DNA of 64,000 nucleotides, from the NCBI GenBank assembly GCA_951406725.2, contig OX597817.1, positions 13,702,001-13,766,000 of the forward strand, in the 5' to 3' direction. A model generated the notes under the pieces. It had not been told where the DNA came from. It made no database searches and saw only the letters and a program-made list of their open reading frames with translations. The stretch's first letter is position 1. Each line of letters starts with the position of its first letter. Source of the DNA: Octopus vulgaris (Eukaryota). Shown here piece after piece: positions 37,500 to 52,029 of the stretch. The position numbers and the translations under genes are program-made.

Positions 37500-37966
37500 A
37501 ACTACTTATAAATATACATACATATATGTGTGTGTGCGCGTAAGTGTTGAAAAATAAACAACTCAAAGCTCTTTAACTATTATGAATAACCTGGATAAAA
37601 GCAAAATTTGATCTCAATAAACACGATTCAATACCAATTTATTGCAATGGGAACCGAGATAGGCTTGTAAAAAAAGCATAAAACCTTTTTGATAACGACA
37701 CCTAAAACATGAAAACTATTCAGATGTCATATTTTATCCCTTCATGTTCTGAAAAAAAAAGCTGAGTGAGCTTGTACTACAATTGATGCCCTTTTTCCTC
37801 ACTCACTTTCCTCTTCTCTTTTACTCTCTTACTCTCTCTTTCTCTCTCTCTCTGCTCCTTTCTCTCTCTGCTTCTTTCTCTCTCCCTCTCCCTCTCTCTC
37901 TCTCTCTATCTTTGTTCTACTCTCGTTATAACTCACACCTTCTTTGTTCTTACGCACCGACCACAG

Positions 37967-38161
37967 TTACTCTTTGACTCTTTTACTTGTAACAGTCATT
38001 TGACTGCGGCCATGCTGGAGCACCGCCTTTAGTCGAGCAAATCGACCCCGGGACTTATTCTTTGTAAGCCCAGTACTTATTCTATCGGTCTCTTTTGCCG
38101 AACCGCTAAGTGACGGGGGCGTAAACACACCAGCATCGGTTGTCAAGCAATGCTCGGGGGA

Positions 38162-38201
<40 letters not shown>

Positions 38202-38383
38202 TATATATATATACATATATACGACAGGCTTCTTTCAGTTTCCATCTACCAAATCTACTCACAAGGCATTGGTCGGCCCGGGGCTACAGCAGAAGACACT
38301 TGCCTAAGATGCCACGCAGTGGGACTGAACCCGGAACCATGTGGTTGGTTAGCAAGCTACTTACCACACAGCCACTCCTGCGC
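37967..38383 (-). mobile_element. SINE family A
   Basis: Full-length consensus match in reverse. Confidence 0.92.
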
Positions 38384-38992
38384 CTACGTTTATGTTTACA
38401 CAATATATTAAGAAGCAATTGCATCCATAACATGAGTCATTACACGTTTTCATGTGGGACTTTGGAGTGGTGATTAAGCATCACAGACCCCAAAAGAACT
38501 CGCTCTTATTTACCTCCATGTAGGAGGAAGGGTATCGCCAGTGACCATTTTAGGGGCCTCTAAGATTGGTGGGAGGAATGGACAAAATTATTCTCAAACC
38601 AAAGATCTGACTGGAAGTTTTGCAAACAGAGCGTAGAACTCCACTATTTCCTGTTCCAGTGAAAGGCCAGATTTCCTCATGCCAAGACATGCTTTCGTGG
38701 AGCTTTGGAAAAAAAGGACACCGCTGGCATGATAGTGACACTTGCTTACGACTATCATACAATGTCAAGGCAAGAAGACTGTAAAACAAAAAAAACACAC
38801 ACACATACATACATACATACATACATACATACATACATACATACATACATACACACATACATACATACATACATACATACATACATACATACGTAAAATA
38901 CAAACATATATATATATATATACATATATAGACACACGCATATACAGATACACACACATACACACACACATATACATATACAGATATATATA

Positions 38993-39447
38993 CAAGCCGT
39001 CGTCGACTTACGACCACAATTGCTTCCGAGTGTTTAGTCGTAAGTTGATTCGGCCGTAAATCGGCCTATGGGCCTACATAGCTTTCTTTTATATTTTTAC
39101 ATTCTTAAGATACATTCTCAAATAAAAGTCACACATACATTCTGTATTACACTATTATACTGGCGTTAGTCAAAAATTTCGGATTCTCAAACAGTCGTCT
39201 TATAGACAAATACAAGTTTGCCTCGATGTCTCCGCGACAGGATATTCACCCAACACTCGGGATAACCACGGTGGCGATCGATAACCAAACCTAGGGGAAG
39301 CGTTTGTTAGCGGATATCATCTGTCGACGGGTTAATTTCTAAGATATTAAACCCATTAGATTTCAACCGGACTATTTATTATTGCTGCCGGGAGCTAGCG
39401 CCAATCGTCGTAAAGTCGATCGGTCGTAAGTCGACGACGACGACCTG
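38993..39447. mobile_element. Tigger/pogo-like MITE
   Basis: TIRs caagccgtcgtcgacttacgacc / ggtcgtaagtcgacgacgacgacctg with internal subterminal repeats, in a TA context. Confidence 0.75.
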
Positions 39448-39453
39448 TGTATA

Positions 39454-39591
<138 letters not shown>

Positions 39592-39596
39592 TATAC

Positions 39597-39980
39597 TTTT
39601 CTACTCTAGGCACAAGGTTCAAAATTTTGGGGGAGGAGGTCAGTCGATTAGATCGACCTCAGTACGCAACTGGTTACTTGATTTATCGACCCACGAAAAG
39701 ATGAAAGGCAAAGTCGACCTCGGCGGAAATTTGAACTCAGAACGTGAAGACAGATGAAATATCTATTTCTTTACTACCCACAAGGGGCTAAAGACAGAGA
39801 GGACAAACAAGGACAGACAAACGGATTAAGCCAATTACATCGACTCCAGTGCGTAACTGGTACTTAATCCGAAAGGATGAAAGGCAAAGTCGACCTCGGC
39901 GGAATTTTAACTCAGAACGTAACGGCAGACGAAATACCGCTAAGCATTTTCCCCGGCGTGCTAACGTTTCTGCCAGATCC
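39597..39980 (-). mobile_element. SINE family B dimer joining the two tail types
   Basis: Unit with the standard tail joined to a unit with the ccttgtgcc tail. Confidence 0.85.
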
Positions 39981-40650
39981 CCACCTTTATACACGTGTAT
40001 ATATGGTGGCTATTTGCTGCTTGTAGAGCTAGACCTTTTCTTGTACCTATAATTGCCCTTTCCTAATATGAGATCTTAAATGACTTTTGAGCTCTGAAAG
40101 GCATTTGAAGAACTGATCACAAATACTGCAGTAATGTCTCATTTCAGCATTGGCTCTATTTTCCGTTTATATATATATTTTTTTAATGAATGTTCAAATG
40201 CCGCTTAAATCCTCCACGCGACTTGCAAGTACTTTTGACAGACATTGCGCTAATTTGCCAAAAAAGTGCATACGCTGATTAAGTGGTTAAATGAATTCAT
40301 TAGGTCTTTAATTTCCAGTGCACTCCACATTGTTTTTCGATAATTTGAAACAGAAGCTATACTTTCCAATAAACATACAGTTTTAGCGTCTCTTTGAAAA
40401 CGAAACTAAGAGGTTACAGCACAGTTTATAGTTCTCCAAGGACAGAAAAGTGGAACCGATGAGACTAGTTTCTAGTATTGTTAGGCCTTCATCAGGGAAA
40501 GAATACTCGTTTCTTGTCCACGAGGAGATTCATAGTTTATAGCTGTTTATAGTATATACAAGCTAATATTCAGTTAAACTTTTCATTCTACTTTAAATAA
40601 TATAGCATGTAATGACAACGTGGACTAATTTATTGATTTATAATGAACTA

Positions 40651-41415
40651 TGGGAGTGAGCTGAAAAGTTCATAGGCTGACTATGAAGCTGGGAAATCTC
40701 GCATGCATTAATTTCAACTCTTCTTATTAACTACATTGCTTCTTTCCAAGTAAACTGACGTCTGACTGTTCAAAGTAGACTTCAATAGTGACTAGCAGCA
40801 GCAGCAACAGATATGACGTAATCATCATTGGTTCCCAGCCAAGTGTTTTTCCATGTTGGGACACAGGTGATTGCCAGATGGGGCCAAATCATGAGAATGG
40901 GGAGGGTGATCAAGGCTACAGTCGCGCACAACAGTCATTGAAAACGAGAACTTATATGCTGGAGGATTGTCTTGATGAAACAAGACCTCTCTCATCAGTT
41001 TTCCTGGCCGCCTGGTCTTGATAGCCTTTCTTAACCGCCTCAGCATATTGGCATAGTACTCTCCATTGATTATGTGGCCCTTTTGAAGATGGGCAATAAA
41101 CACAATGCTTTTCGCATCCCAAAAAACTGAGGCCATCATATTCCCTACAGATAAAACGACTTTGACTTTTGGAGCAGGTGAGGAGGGGTATTTTCATTAC
41201 ATGGATTGTCTCCTGCTCAAAGTGATGACGCCAAGACTCATCCTGGGTTAGAGAAATCGCCACCAGATACTTTTGAAACCTTCTTTAAATAATCTGATGT
41301 CAGATTACCTGGAAAGAAACTATGCAGTCATTAATAAATAGAGAGGAAACTAATGCTGGTAGGTTTCACCGTCACTCCTCCATAGTTAGCCTATGAACCT
41401 TTCAGCCCACCCGCG
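40651..41415 (-). mobile_element. Internally deleted mariner (DD34D) relic
   Basis: MASVFWDAKSIVF...INGEYYAN...LFHQDN...HPPHSHDLAPS; TIRs gagctgaaaagttcataggctgac / gttagcctatgaacctttcagccc; TA flanks. Confidence 0.9.
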
Positions 41416-42038
41416 TACACTGTGTGTCAGGTATTTTGAACATTTTAATAAACATACAAATTTTAAACTCGCAGTGAAAAAAAAATAAAGAAAGTGGTTC
41501 TATTCCAAGTTTTATTCCTCCGTTGGTGACATGACATGTTTCTACTCTCCTCAGAGCTTCATCAAATAAATGAATAAATAAAACTAATTTTCTGTCCACA
41601 GAGAAATTAGTTGCTTACTGACAAATATGTCCATTAATAAAAGTAGAAGCATAACGTTTTACTTCTTTTGGAAATATTCAGCCAGTAATTGGATTAAAAC
41701 CATATTTAGTATAGTTAGCTTTAAAGCAGTTCCGTTCTTTTGTAGGTGAAGCGCAGACAGCAACAGAAACATTAACAGAAGACATGAATACTGGACACCA
41801 TTCTGCTTTATATCTTCTCTATAGGATAAATAATAAACAGTTAATTATAAAAGCGTAGACAGTTTCAGCTGACAACATTTTACGTTAAAAAAGATTAATT
41901 TTGATAGGACATGTTTCGAAAAAAAAAAAACCAAATCTACACTAACCACTATTTTAGATCTCAAAATCAAGTTATATCACTTTTTGCGATGTTCTTTGAT
42001 TTTTATGATCGTGTAAGTGGAATTTTCTGAAAGGCAAA

Positions 42039-42430
42039 TCTTTATATATAAAAGTAAGGTTGTGTGTCTGTCTACTCCGATTTAGATTCCTAACTACTCC
42101 CACATTTTGCGGTGCAGTTTAACCAGAACCGGGTATCTTATAGTCGTGATTCATATCATGCCCTTCTGGGTATTAGCGCGCGTCTACAATGAGTCTACGA
42201 TTTAAAAAAAATTACCATCATTTTTTTCCATTTTAATGCATATTTTTTTTAATATAAGGGAAGTAACTCTCTAAAAATGTCTACGATGAGTCAACGATTT
42301 AAAAAAAAATTTGCCATCATTTTTTTTCCATTTTTAATGCATTTTTTGCTATTCTTTGGCTATAACTCTCTAAAAATGCTTTATAGTTATTTCCCTTACA
42401 AACCCGAGCAACGCCGGGCGATACTGCTAG
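42039..42430 (+). mobile_element. Non-autonomous Helitron
   Basis: A|TC start, cccgagcaacgccggg hairpin, CTAG|T end, internal ~100-bp duplication. Confidence 0.85.
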
Positions 42431-42989
42431 TATTTTATAAATTAATGTTAATCCAACCTGATAAACTATTACATTCAATGAAGTTGCTTGCTGACACGAC
42501 CACAGACAGGGATCAGAGGCGAAAGCGGATTTGCCAACATATTTTATGCTATGGTCTACCTCTTATGGAAACAGAAAAGGATGTCGAGAAAAATATGTGT
42601 AGCAAGTACCGAAAAACTATGCATGACACATGCACGATCCGGAAAATAATGCATGCGTCAGATGACACTTTAACCAACTGGGATGTATCAGCTACTTAAG
42701 TTCTTTAAACAAAGTTGACAAGTCACGTTCATCTTCTTATTTTCCATTGTCGTGCATCTAATTCTAGCCCATCCTATTCTAATGAGAATGTGAAGTGCTG
42801 CGTATATAAGTGCCATTAATTTATTTGACATAAGGATTTCATAACCGCCAAGTCCGTTAAGCTAGACTATTCCCTCAGGAATTAGTCTATTTTATTTAAT
42901 TTATTTTTTCTTTTACATTTTGTCACTACGGTTGTCACACAACATATCATTACCGTGGTTGCAAATTTTAATATTTATTGCAGAGAAAA

Positions 42990-43205
42990 GGGCGGCGAGC
43001 TGGCAGAATTGTTAGCGCGCCGGGCAAAATGCTTGGCGGCATTTCGTCCGTCTTTACGTTCTGAATTCAAATTCCGCCGGGATCGACTTTGCCTTTCATC
43101 CTTTTGTGGTCGATAAAATTAGAGCCAGTTAAGTACTGGGGTCGATGTAATCGACTTACCCCTTACCCTGAACTTGCTGACCTTGTGCCAAAAATTGAAA
43201 CCAAT
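42990..43205 (+). mobile_element. SINE family B, alternative tail, CpGs retained
   Basis: Consensus match; aatatttattgcagagaa duplicated on both sides. Confidence 0.9.
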
Positions 43206-43833
43206 ATTTATTGCAGAGAAGTGTATAATTTACGTTGGAAAAATTGCTTTCCGTTGTCCTCCGACAAGGACTGAGCGAGAGAAAACGATGTCATCATTCT
43301 TTGTTTTACTCACATGAAACAACTGACTGGAATTCTTCAATACCAGACAGAAGTAACTGGCGCACAAAAGGGTCAGGAAGTTTCAGGAATCTACACAAGA
43401 GAGAGATAGTGAAAAGCGAGCAGCCAGGAAAAGAGAAGCTGTTTTCTCAACAGTCCAACGTTTTGAATGTTATGAATGTGGACAAGTTTTGGACAAGTTT
43501 ACCTCTCCAGAACTTGCCTCAAAAGTCACCTACGCAAGCACGTTGAAAGGCCTCGGTTTGAATAGAACCAACTTCTAGCAGCTAATCTGATATGCAATCT
43601 ATGTGGTGAGAAATTTTCCAGCCAGTCTGGGATTCACAAAGCACAGTAAAGCTTACAATCAAGGCGCAATACAGGACAAGTACTCAATTGTAAAACATCA
43701 ATACGAAAGCCGTTGTATGTCCCATGGCCACTGAAAAAGAAAAAAAAAACAGAAAACAAAAATAAAACATTTTGTCATCGATTGACATATTTGTTTAACA
43801 CACACATACACACACACACACACACACACATAT

Positions 43834-44246
43834 GAGTGGCTGTGTGGTAAGTAGCTTGCTTACGAACCACATGGTTCCGGGTTCAGTCCCACTTCCTGGC
43901 ATCTTGGGCAAGTGTCTTCTACTATAGCCTCGGGCCGACCAAAGCCTTGTGAGTGGATTTGATAGATGGAAACTGAAAGAAGCCCGTCGTATATATGTAT
44001 ATATATATGTGTGTATGTGTGTGTATGTTTGTGTGTCTGTGTTTGTCCCCCCCCCCCCAACATCGCTTGACAACCGATGCTGGTGTGTTTACGTCCCCGT
44101 AACTTAGCGGTTCGGCAAAAAGAGACCGATAGAATAAGTACTAGGCTTACAAAGAATAAGTCCTGGGGTCGATTTGCTCGACTAAAAAGGTAGTGCTCCA
44201 GCATGGTCACAGTTTGAAACAAGTAAGAGAGTAAAGAGTAAAAGAG

Positions 44247-44250
<4 letters not shown>
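43834..44250 (+). mobile_element. SINE family A
   Basis: Consensus match. Confidence 0.92.
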
Positions 44251-44290
<40 letters not shown>

Positions 44291-44292
<2 letters not shown>

Positions 44293-44505
44293 AGGCGGTG
44301 CTGAAAAGTTCCTGACTTTGGGTAAAAGAAAATGCAGGAGAGGATCACTTAATTATGATTTCATTCAACATATTCCTCTCTCAGATTCACACATTTATTG
44401 CAGCGGTCCTTTTTTCTAAGCTCTGTTAAAGAACTCGGAAGATTAGGCCTCCAACCAGGCCTTTCTAGACACCCTTAAAGCAAAGAACTTTTCAGCACCC
44501 CTTCG
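44291..44505. mobile_element. Mariner-derived MITE
   Basis: TIRs caaggcggtgctgaaaagttcctgacttt / aaagcaaagaacttttcagcaccccttcg, inserted in (TA)n. Confidence 0.75.
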
Positions 44506-44933
44506 TGTATATAAGGTTTTCTTAAATCAAAAATTATCAAATGTATAAAAAAAAGCATCTTTAAAAAGAAAAACAGAATGACAAAACACTTATGGAAGGA
44601 AGTTATCCGGTACCTTATAATATGTGAGTCTGAAAAGCTGAAAACAGCGAAAGCGCTTAATATAACACTGAAATTTCGTTCATAAGGTCATAAGATTGTG
44701 TCAATCTGTTTTATATTAAGATATTTTGGGTATAATTAATAATTTTCTTGAAATGTGACTGCCTCAAGAATTTTTCTAGAACTATATTCATCTTATGAAC
44801 GTCATGAAAGCCACATGAGATAATCGTTTATTCGCTTGTCATCACATTTTCTTATTATCGCTCTGTACGCCACTAACATTTCGTTCTGAAGCATACGTAT
44901 ACTGAGTTTAATACCAGGTTGTTAGTATCTCAC

Positions 44934-44969
<36 letters not shown>

Positions 44970-44973
<4 letters not shown>

Positions 44974-45178
44974 ATCCAAACAAGAAAACACCAAGAGAAA
45001 ACACAACAACGCGAGGACGTGGAACAAATATAGTATTATTGGACGCTCAGGAAAGAAGGGAAGAAGGAGGGTTTAACGTTTCGAGCGGAGCTCTTCGTCG
45101 GAAACATAGGAGAAGGAAAGATCCCGAGAAGGGAAGACAGAGGGAAAAATATCGCCAACGGTACACACGAGGTCACAT
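44970..45178 (-). mobile_element. Penelope-like short repeat (family E) next to (TA)n
   Basis: Homologous to 59933-60123 and 63495-63703; carries a hammerhead-like motif at 45071-45105. Confidence 0.7.
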
Positions 45179-45774
45179 TTTGAAAGACCGGAAGGAAAAG
45201 GGTGAAGAAAGATGTTTTCAAAGACAGAAGAGTAGTATATATATATATATATTTAAGTAGATAAATGAATTATCTTATTACGGATAATTCGAAAGATAAC
45301 CGATACCTGGGTAGCAAACTCACAACAGAAAGAACACGGTTGAAGTTACGACCATAGGGCATATACTCCGGAGTATATATATATATATATATATTATTTG
45401 ATTGGTAAAAGTTACAGAGTGAATCAAAGGCTGAGAGTTTCGTGCATTGTCACTCTCTCTCTCTCTATATATATATATGAACTGGAAGAGCAGTGAAAGA
45501 ATCGGAATAATGTGGTACGGTAAAATTTTTACCACTTGCATTTATAAATAGTTTGTCTTGTCCGGTTCGCATGTTTTGTAATCCTCTGTTTAAAAGTTTA
45601 TTGTAAGTATGTACCAAACTCTTGTAGCGAATAAAAAACAAATTAATATCATTATTTTGTTTCTTGTACACACACACACACGATCGACGTCTGTCTGTGC
45701 ATCGATGTAATCAGAATTTTCGTATTATTTTCCATTCTTTCATAAATGGATTGGCAACTTGAGTAACTTTCGAA

Positions 45775-45787
45775 TATGTGTGTGTGC

Positions 45788-45858
<71 letters not shown>

Positions 45859-46103
45859 TGTATGTATGTATGTATGTATGTATGTGTGTGTGTATGTATG
45901 TATGTATGTATGTATGTATGTATGTATGTATGTTATGTATGTATGTATGTATGTATACATGTATGTATTTGTGTTATGTATGTATGTTTGTATGTATGTA
46001 TGTATGTGTGTTATGTATGTATGTATGTATGTATGTATGTATGCATGTATGTATGTATGTATGTATGTATGCATGCATGTATGTATGTATGCATGCATGT
46101 ATG

Positions 46104-46135
<32 letters not shown>

Positions 46136-46315
46136 TGCATGTATGTATGTGTGTTATGTATGTATGTATGTATGTATGTATGTATGTATGCATGTATGTA
46201 TGTGTGTTATGTATGTATGTATGTGTGTTATGTATGTATGTATGTATGTATGTATGTATGTATGTATGTGTGCATGCGTGCGTGCGAGTGCGTGTGTGTG
46301 TGTGTGCGTGTGTGT
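45775..46315. repeat. (TA)n/(TATG)n/(TG)n microsatellite
   Basis: Directly visible. Similar tracts at 20041-20170, 38795-38990, 39456-39587 and 48947-49258. Confidence 0.97.
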
Positions 46316-48155
46316 AAAAATTATTAAAGTCGCCAATCCACTCATAAAAGGAAGAAAAAAAAACCGGAAAGTTCTGATTCATCGATTCATTTTACTTTTC
46401 TATTGCTCGAAGGCTCTTTATTTAGAAAGGCAATGCGATTTAGAAACGTCTATGACATTCTGCAAATAGAAGGTCTTAATCCTTTTCCATTACGATAGAC
46501 ATAAATGATAAATATAAGAAAGAAATATTAATGGTAAATAAAAAAGAATATTAATGGGATATATCTAAAACAAAAGTTCGTGGTTGTAACTATTGATCGA
46601 TTATTATGTAAGTCCGTCAATAGTCGGCTACCAGTGCTCAAGTGGGTCTCTTAAAATGTCTATATATCATTCTATTTTTATTTTAACGGAACAGGAATAT
46701 GGTTAAAACCACAGCTGTTGATATTTTTTTTTCTTTTAGCGGAACAAGTTTTATAAAAACGACATTTCGATTAAACAACAAAGATTTCTTATTCGTTTTG
46801 TGTTTCTTCTGCACTTGTAAATAAATATATGATGAGTTTTAAGCTTTACGTGTGTATATACTGTGTTCAATGCAAACAGCGAACATTTTGAACAAAATTA
46901 ATCATAACAGCTCCGACAAAACGGTTCTCGACAAGACTTCATATTAATAACATTTTTATGGTAATCAACCACAACGAAAAGAAATAGCATCTGCGGCTAT
47001 AGTGAGAGAAAAATTTCAAAAGGACTTCTGTATTAGGTAAAAATTACACACACGTTTTAGTTAAAAGAGGGATATGAGCAAACTTGAATTCAGCAAGAAG
47101 AAAGGATAAAAGCAAATAACAGGGAAAATCCAGATTATACGAACAAAATATTTGTAAAACTATATTCTTCTAAAACACCTTAATATTTCGAAATATTATT
47201 TGATGAAGTAAAGAAATATCGAAGTGAAAGAACTCTTGAAAAGAAACCATGCCAGATGGTGTCTTCGCAGATTATATAAATTTTGGTTTACGTTATTAAA
47301 GAGGACTAAATTAAGGTTCGTTATTAATGGAGTTCAGACTATGGTGGCAGAAGGCAGGTACAAAAATGATAGAAACATGTCTGAATATATCCAACGTTAT
47401 TATTATTACATATAAAGCAGCTTTGTAGAAAGCAGCTTGATGGATTGTTCAAGTATGATTATTCGCCATGCCAGCACAAATAGATCTTTTACGTTGTAGT
47501 TGTATAGTGCAAACGATGGATTATGATGAATAGCATGAAAAGAAGAAAAAATACTAATAAAAAAACATTATTTTTGTTTGCAAAAGCCAAGACAGTAAAT
47601 CGTTTTGTTATTTATTATGTATTCTCTTTGTTAACTAAAGAAGCTATACACAAATCTATGCTTCCATTTTCCAAGAAACTTCGGTTATTTGAAAGCTGCC
47701 ATTCATTATCCTTTCAGTATCATTGTTTTAACTCCAGAGCCGAGCCGCCCAATTTTCATTTAACTAGATTTCACTTCAATTATAAATATCGTTTTCATTC
47801 GTTTATAATGTAGAAAATGTATTTAATTAAAATATTTTACCATGATATTTTGCAGGTAAAAGAAATCCTATTAGCGTAAGTAAATTTCAAAATATTTTTC
47901 AGCTTTAAAACAAATCAATAGCAATTTTATTTTTGCTGTTGGTGTTTGATTGATATAACGTTACAGGAAAACGAAGTTTAATGTGTACTAGTTTTAGTGT
48001 ATAAAATATTAAACTTTTGTCTGTATTTTACTAAATACAATCAGTAGATTTTAAGCTAGAAGCATATCAAATCACCTTGGATAATCAGCAGTACTACGAA
48101 TATATTTATCTTTGTCGGGAAGTGTTTTGTTACTAGTTCAGTATAAGTTACTGAA

Positions 48156-48510
48156 GGAGGCGCAATGGCCCAGTGGTTAGGGTAGCGGACTCGCGGTCAT
48201 AGGATCGCGGTTTCGATTCCCAGACCGGGCGTTGTGAGTGTTTATTGAGCGAAAACACCTACAGCTCCACGAGGCTCCGGCAGGGGATGGTGGTGATTCC
48301 TGCTGTACTCTTTCACCATAACTTTCTCTCACTCTTACTTCCTGTTTCTGTTGTACCTGTATTTCAAAGGGCCGGCCTTGTCACTCTCTGTATCACGCTG
48401 AATATCCCTGAGAACTGCGTTAAGGGTGCACGTGTCGTTAATTTCACGAGCAGGCTGTTCCGTTGATCGGATCAACCTGAACCCTCGTCGTCGTAACCGA
48501 CGGAGTGCTG
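48156..48510 (+). mobile_element. SINE family C
   Basis: Consensus match with a small internal deletion. Confidence 0.92.
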
Positions 48511-48946
48511 AAAACTAAACTAGTAGAATGCAACATTCTTTTGAATGATCCATTCCATAAGAGTGTTTCGATTATATGACCACAACGACAGATTTATTCA
48601 TTTGAAGTAAGAGTGTTTAGGATTTACGGAAGGGAAGAGAGATTGTGAATCAGAATAAGAGAACAGTAAAAGTTTCTGTAGAGGATTTTACTATCGTTAT
48701 CGGGAATCTTACTCGGTGGAATAAGAGACCTACCTAAGGGTAGATGCTGCTACATGAGGTATTTGATGTGAGAGGGACTGTTGCTGACAAGAAGCTAGAA
48801 TCGAAATCAGAACCCGGGAACCAATGGCGTGGTTGGTTGAGACTTTTGGAAGTCTCTAATTTGAGGTTGGGTATTGGAGTGATTTCGCGTTGTGTAAAGA
48901 AAACGTTAACAAAAATATGATACAACCTGAAGCACTTTAAGTATGT

Positions 48947-48993
<47 letters not shown>

Positions 48994-49195
48994 TGTATGT
49001 ATGTATGTATGTATGTATGTATGTATGTATGTATGTATGTATGTATGTATGTATGTGTGTGTGTATGTGTGTGTGCATGCATGCATGCATGCATGCATGC
49101 ATGCATGTATGAATGTATGTATGCATGTATGTATGTATGTACATATGCATGTATGTATGTACGTACGCACGTACGAGGTATGTATGTACGTATGA

Positions 49196-49247
<52 letters not shown>

Positions 49248-49916
49248 ATGCGCGTGTGTTAAAGTGGATGAGTACCAATTAACATTATGCAAAAACTGAG
49301 CAGAGCGAGTTGATAGAAATGAAGGAGAGTCGAGTTATTTGATATCGCACTACCAATTTCAGTGTTCAAATCTCGCTAGGTTTTATGTTGCTTTCATTTC
49401 TTCAGCGGTTACTAACAGTATATCCGGATAATATTCTTGAGCTAATTGAATCGATTATCGCCATTCCCTAAAACGACTGTTATTGTGCCAAGTCAAAAGG
49501 AGCAGAGTTTATATAACAGTGGTAAACTTAGAATTTACGAGAAACTTTGTATAACAAACTGCTTATTAGATTCTGAAATGCTTGATTTTTTTTCGGTCTA
49601 GTGTGGTGTATAACACGGCGCAGGCAAGTAAGCATCTTGTAAGCCAAGATTTGAACACAGCTTGAATTACTAACCAAATTCTTTTCACATTGTTTTCAGT
49701 ATTAATGTCCTCAGGAAAAACATGAATGTTACCTAACAGCCAACCCTACACCTAAAAACATAATTATACCTAGATAATGTTTTATACTGAACACTACAAA
49801 GAGTGTGAAACTCTGTTCAATCCACTTCATATTTTTTTAAAGCCAAACTGACAGCAATGTAGTAGAAAAAAACAAAATCCTCCAGAAGTTTTCACAAGAA
49901 AAAAAAATGACATTAT

Positions 49917-50323
49917 ACCTATTTCTTTACTACTCACAAGGGGTTAAACACAGAGAGGACAAACAAGGACAGACAAACGGATTAAGTCGATTATACCGAC
50001 CCCAGTGCGTAACCGGTACTTATTTAATCGACTCCGAAAGGATGAAAGGCAAAGTTGACCTCGCCGGAATTTGAACTCAGACGAAATACCTATTTCTTTA
50101 TTACCCACAAGGGGCTAAACATAGAGGGGACAAACAAGGACAGACATAGGTATAAAGTCGATTACATTGACCCCAGTGCGTAACTGGTACTTAATTTATC
50201 GACCCCGAAAGGATGAAAGGCAAAGTCGACCTCGGCGGAATTTGAACTCAGAACGTAGCGGCAGACAAAATACCGCTAAGCATTTCGCCCGGCGTGCTAA
50301 CGTTTCTGCCAACTCGCCGCCTT
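49917..50323 (-). mobile_element. SINE family B dimer
   Basis: Two tandem units; TSD aaaaatg(a/g)cattatacc. Further alternative-tail copies at 50418-50628 and 51123-51330. Confidence 0.92.
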
Positions 50324-50387
50324 AAAAATGGCATTATACCATTCCATATTTATTATTATCATCATCATCATCATCATAATAATTATC

Positions 50388-50418
<31 letters not shown>

Positions 50419-52029
50419 AGTTGAGCTTACTGAAGCGTTAGCACGCCGGGCAAAATGCTCGGCGGCATTTCGCCCGTCTTTACGTTCTGTGTTCAAATTT
50501 CACCGAGGTCGACTTTGCCTTCCATCCTTGAGGAGTCTATAAATTAAGTACCAGTAAACACTGGTGTCGATGTAATCGACTAGTCATCTCCCACCAAAAT
50601 TTCAGCCCTGTGCCTTTAGTAGAAAGGATTATTATTATTATTATTATTGTTTCAAACGTCTGTGCATTGGTAGAATCGTTAGGGCGCCTGAAAATATCTT
50701 GCAAATTCTGTCAAGATTATCGTTGTGTTTAATTCCTCTGATTTTGATAGAACAAAGTACTTATCAAGTTCTACTCCCATTCTACTCCAAATCCCTGGCC
50801 TTTTGCCTATGTTAGACACCTTAATAATTATAATGTTAAAATGAAGATGGCGTGGATGACGAAACGGTAGTATATATTTATCCTTTTGGGCTCGTTAAAA
50901 AATATAATCTGTCAAGCACTATAGATCGATATAGTCAATCACTTTCCTTCAAATGTGTGTCTACGTATGAGAAAAGGTAGTTTACATAGATCTCTATTCA
51001 TGTGTACGTATGGAATTATATGATCTACATATGGAATTAATGTTGGATGAAATAAAATGAGAGTCGAATGGCATAAACGACAGCGTGAGGACTAAATGCT
51101 TTGTAATATTTAGTTACACCCAAGGCGGCGAGCTGGCAGAATCGTTAGCACACCGGGCAAAATACTTAGCACTTCTTTATATTCTGAGTTTAAATTCTGC
51201 TGAGGTCGACTTTGCTTTCCATCTTTTCGAGGTCGAGTCGATGAAATAAGTACCAGTTGAGCACTGGAATCGATTTAATCGACTTATCGCCTCCACGAAC
51301 TTACTGACCTTGTGCCAAATTTAAAAACAATATTTAGTCACAACTCTTTCCGTCGGTGGTCTGCATTTGCTTTGCTTTTCATTCCAACTTGATTAAATAA
51401 GAAACAGTAATATACTCGGGTAAATTCATGTGACTATAAAGCTTCATTTCAAATTTGTACTCTTGTGTCGAAATCCGAAATTATCACAAGTCCTACCACC
51501 GGGTTTCTACACTGAGTCTGTCTACAAAATTATGAGACAAATGGTCAAAAGGCTTTGACTCTCTGAGGCTACGATAGAAAACACGCAACGTGCCGCGCTG
51601 TGCGACTGAATTTGAAACCACATAGCTGCAAAATGAATTTCTGAGTCACACAACCATATGTGCAAATGGCAATTAGGCCAAAAGGAAAAGCATGAACGTC
51701 CAGTTTCATTCATATTCTAAACTATTGGCATTGAGACTCTGTTGAATAAATCCTTATTACGAGCAATAAAATTTCCGATTAATATTTCTACGCGAATGAG
51801 TTTAAACTTCGCTTCGATAAACATTGCTTTCCTTTCGCCTGAGTTCGGAAAATAAATACTAGCAATATACTAAGGCTGAAGTTATTGGACTATACAAAAT
51901 TTTCCCTTGAAAATTGCTTTGTTTAATATCTACTTACGAAGGCACAAAGCCAGGTATTTTGGGGGCGAATAACAGTCAAATAACAGACTCCAATGTGTTT
52001 CTGGTACAGGTAACATTTATGGAGTTTAA

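Noticed and set aside
42277-43546. ORFs of 140 aa and 103 aa as host exons
   Set aside because: The first begins inside a Helitron. Neither shows a recognisable domain or a convincing splice-site pair.
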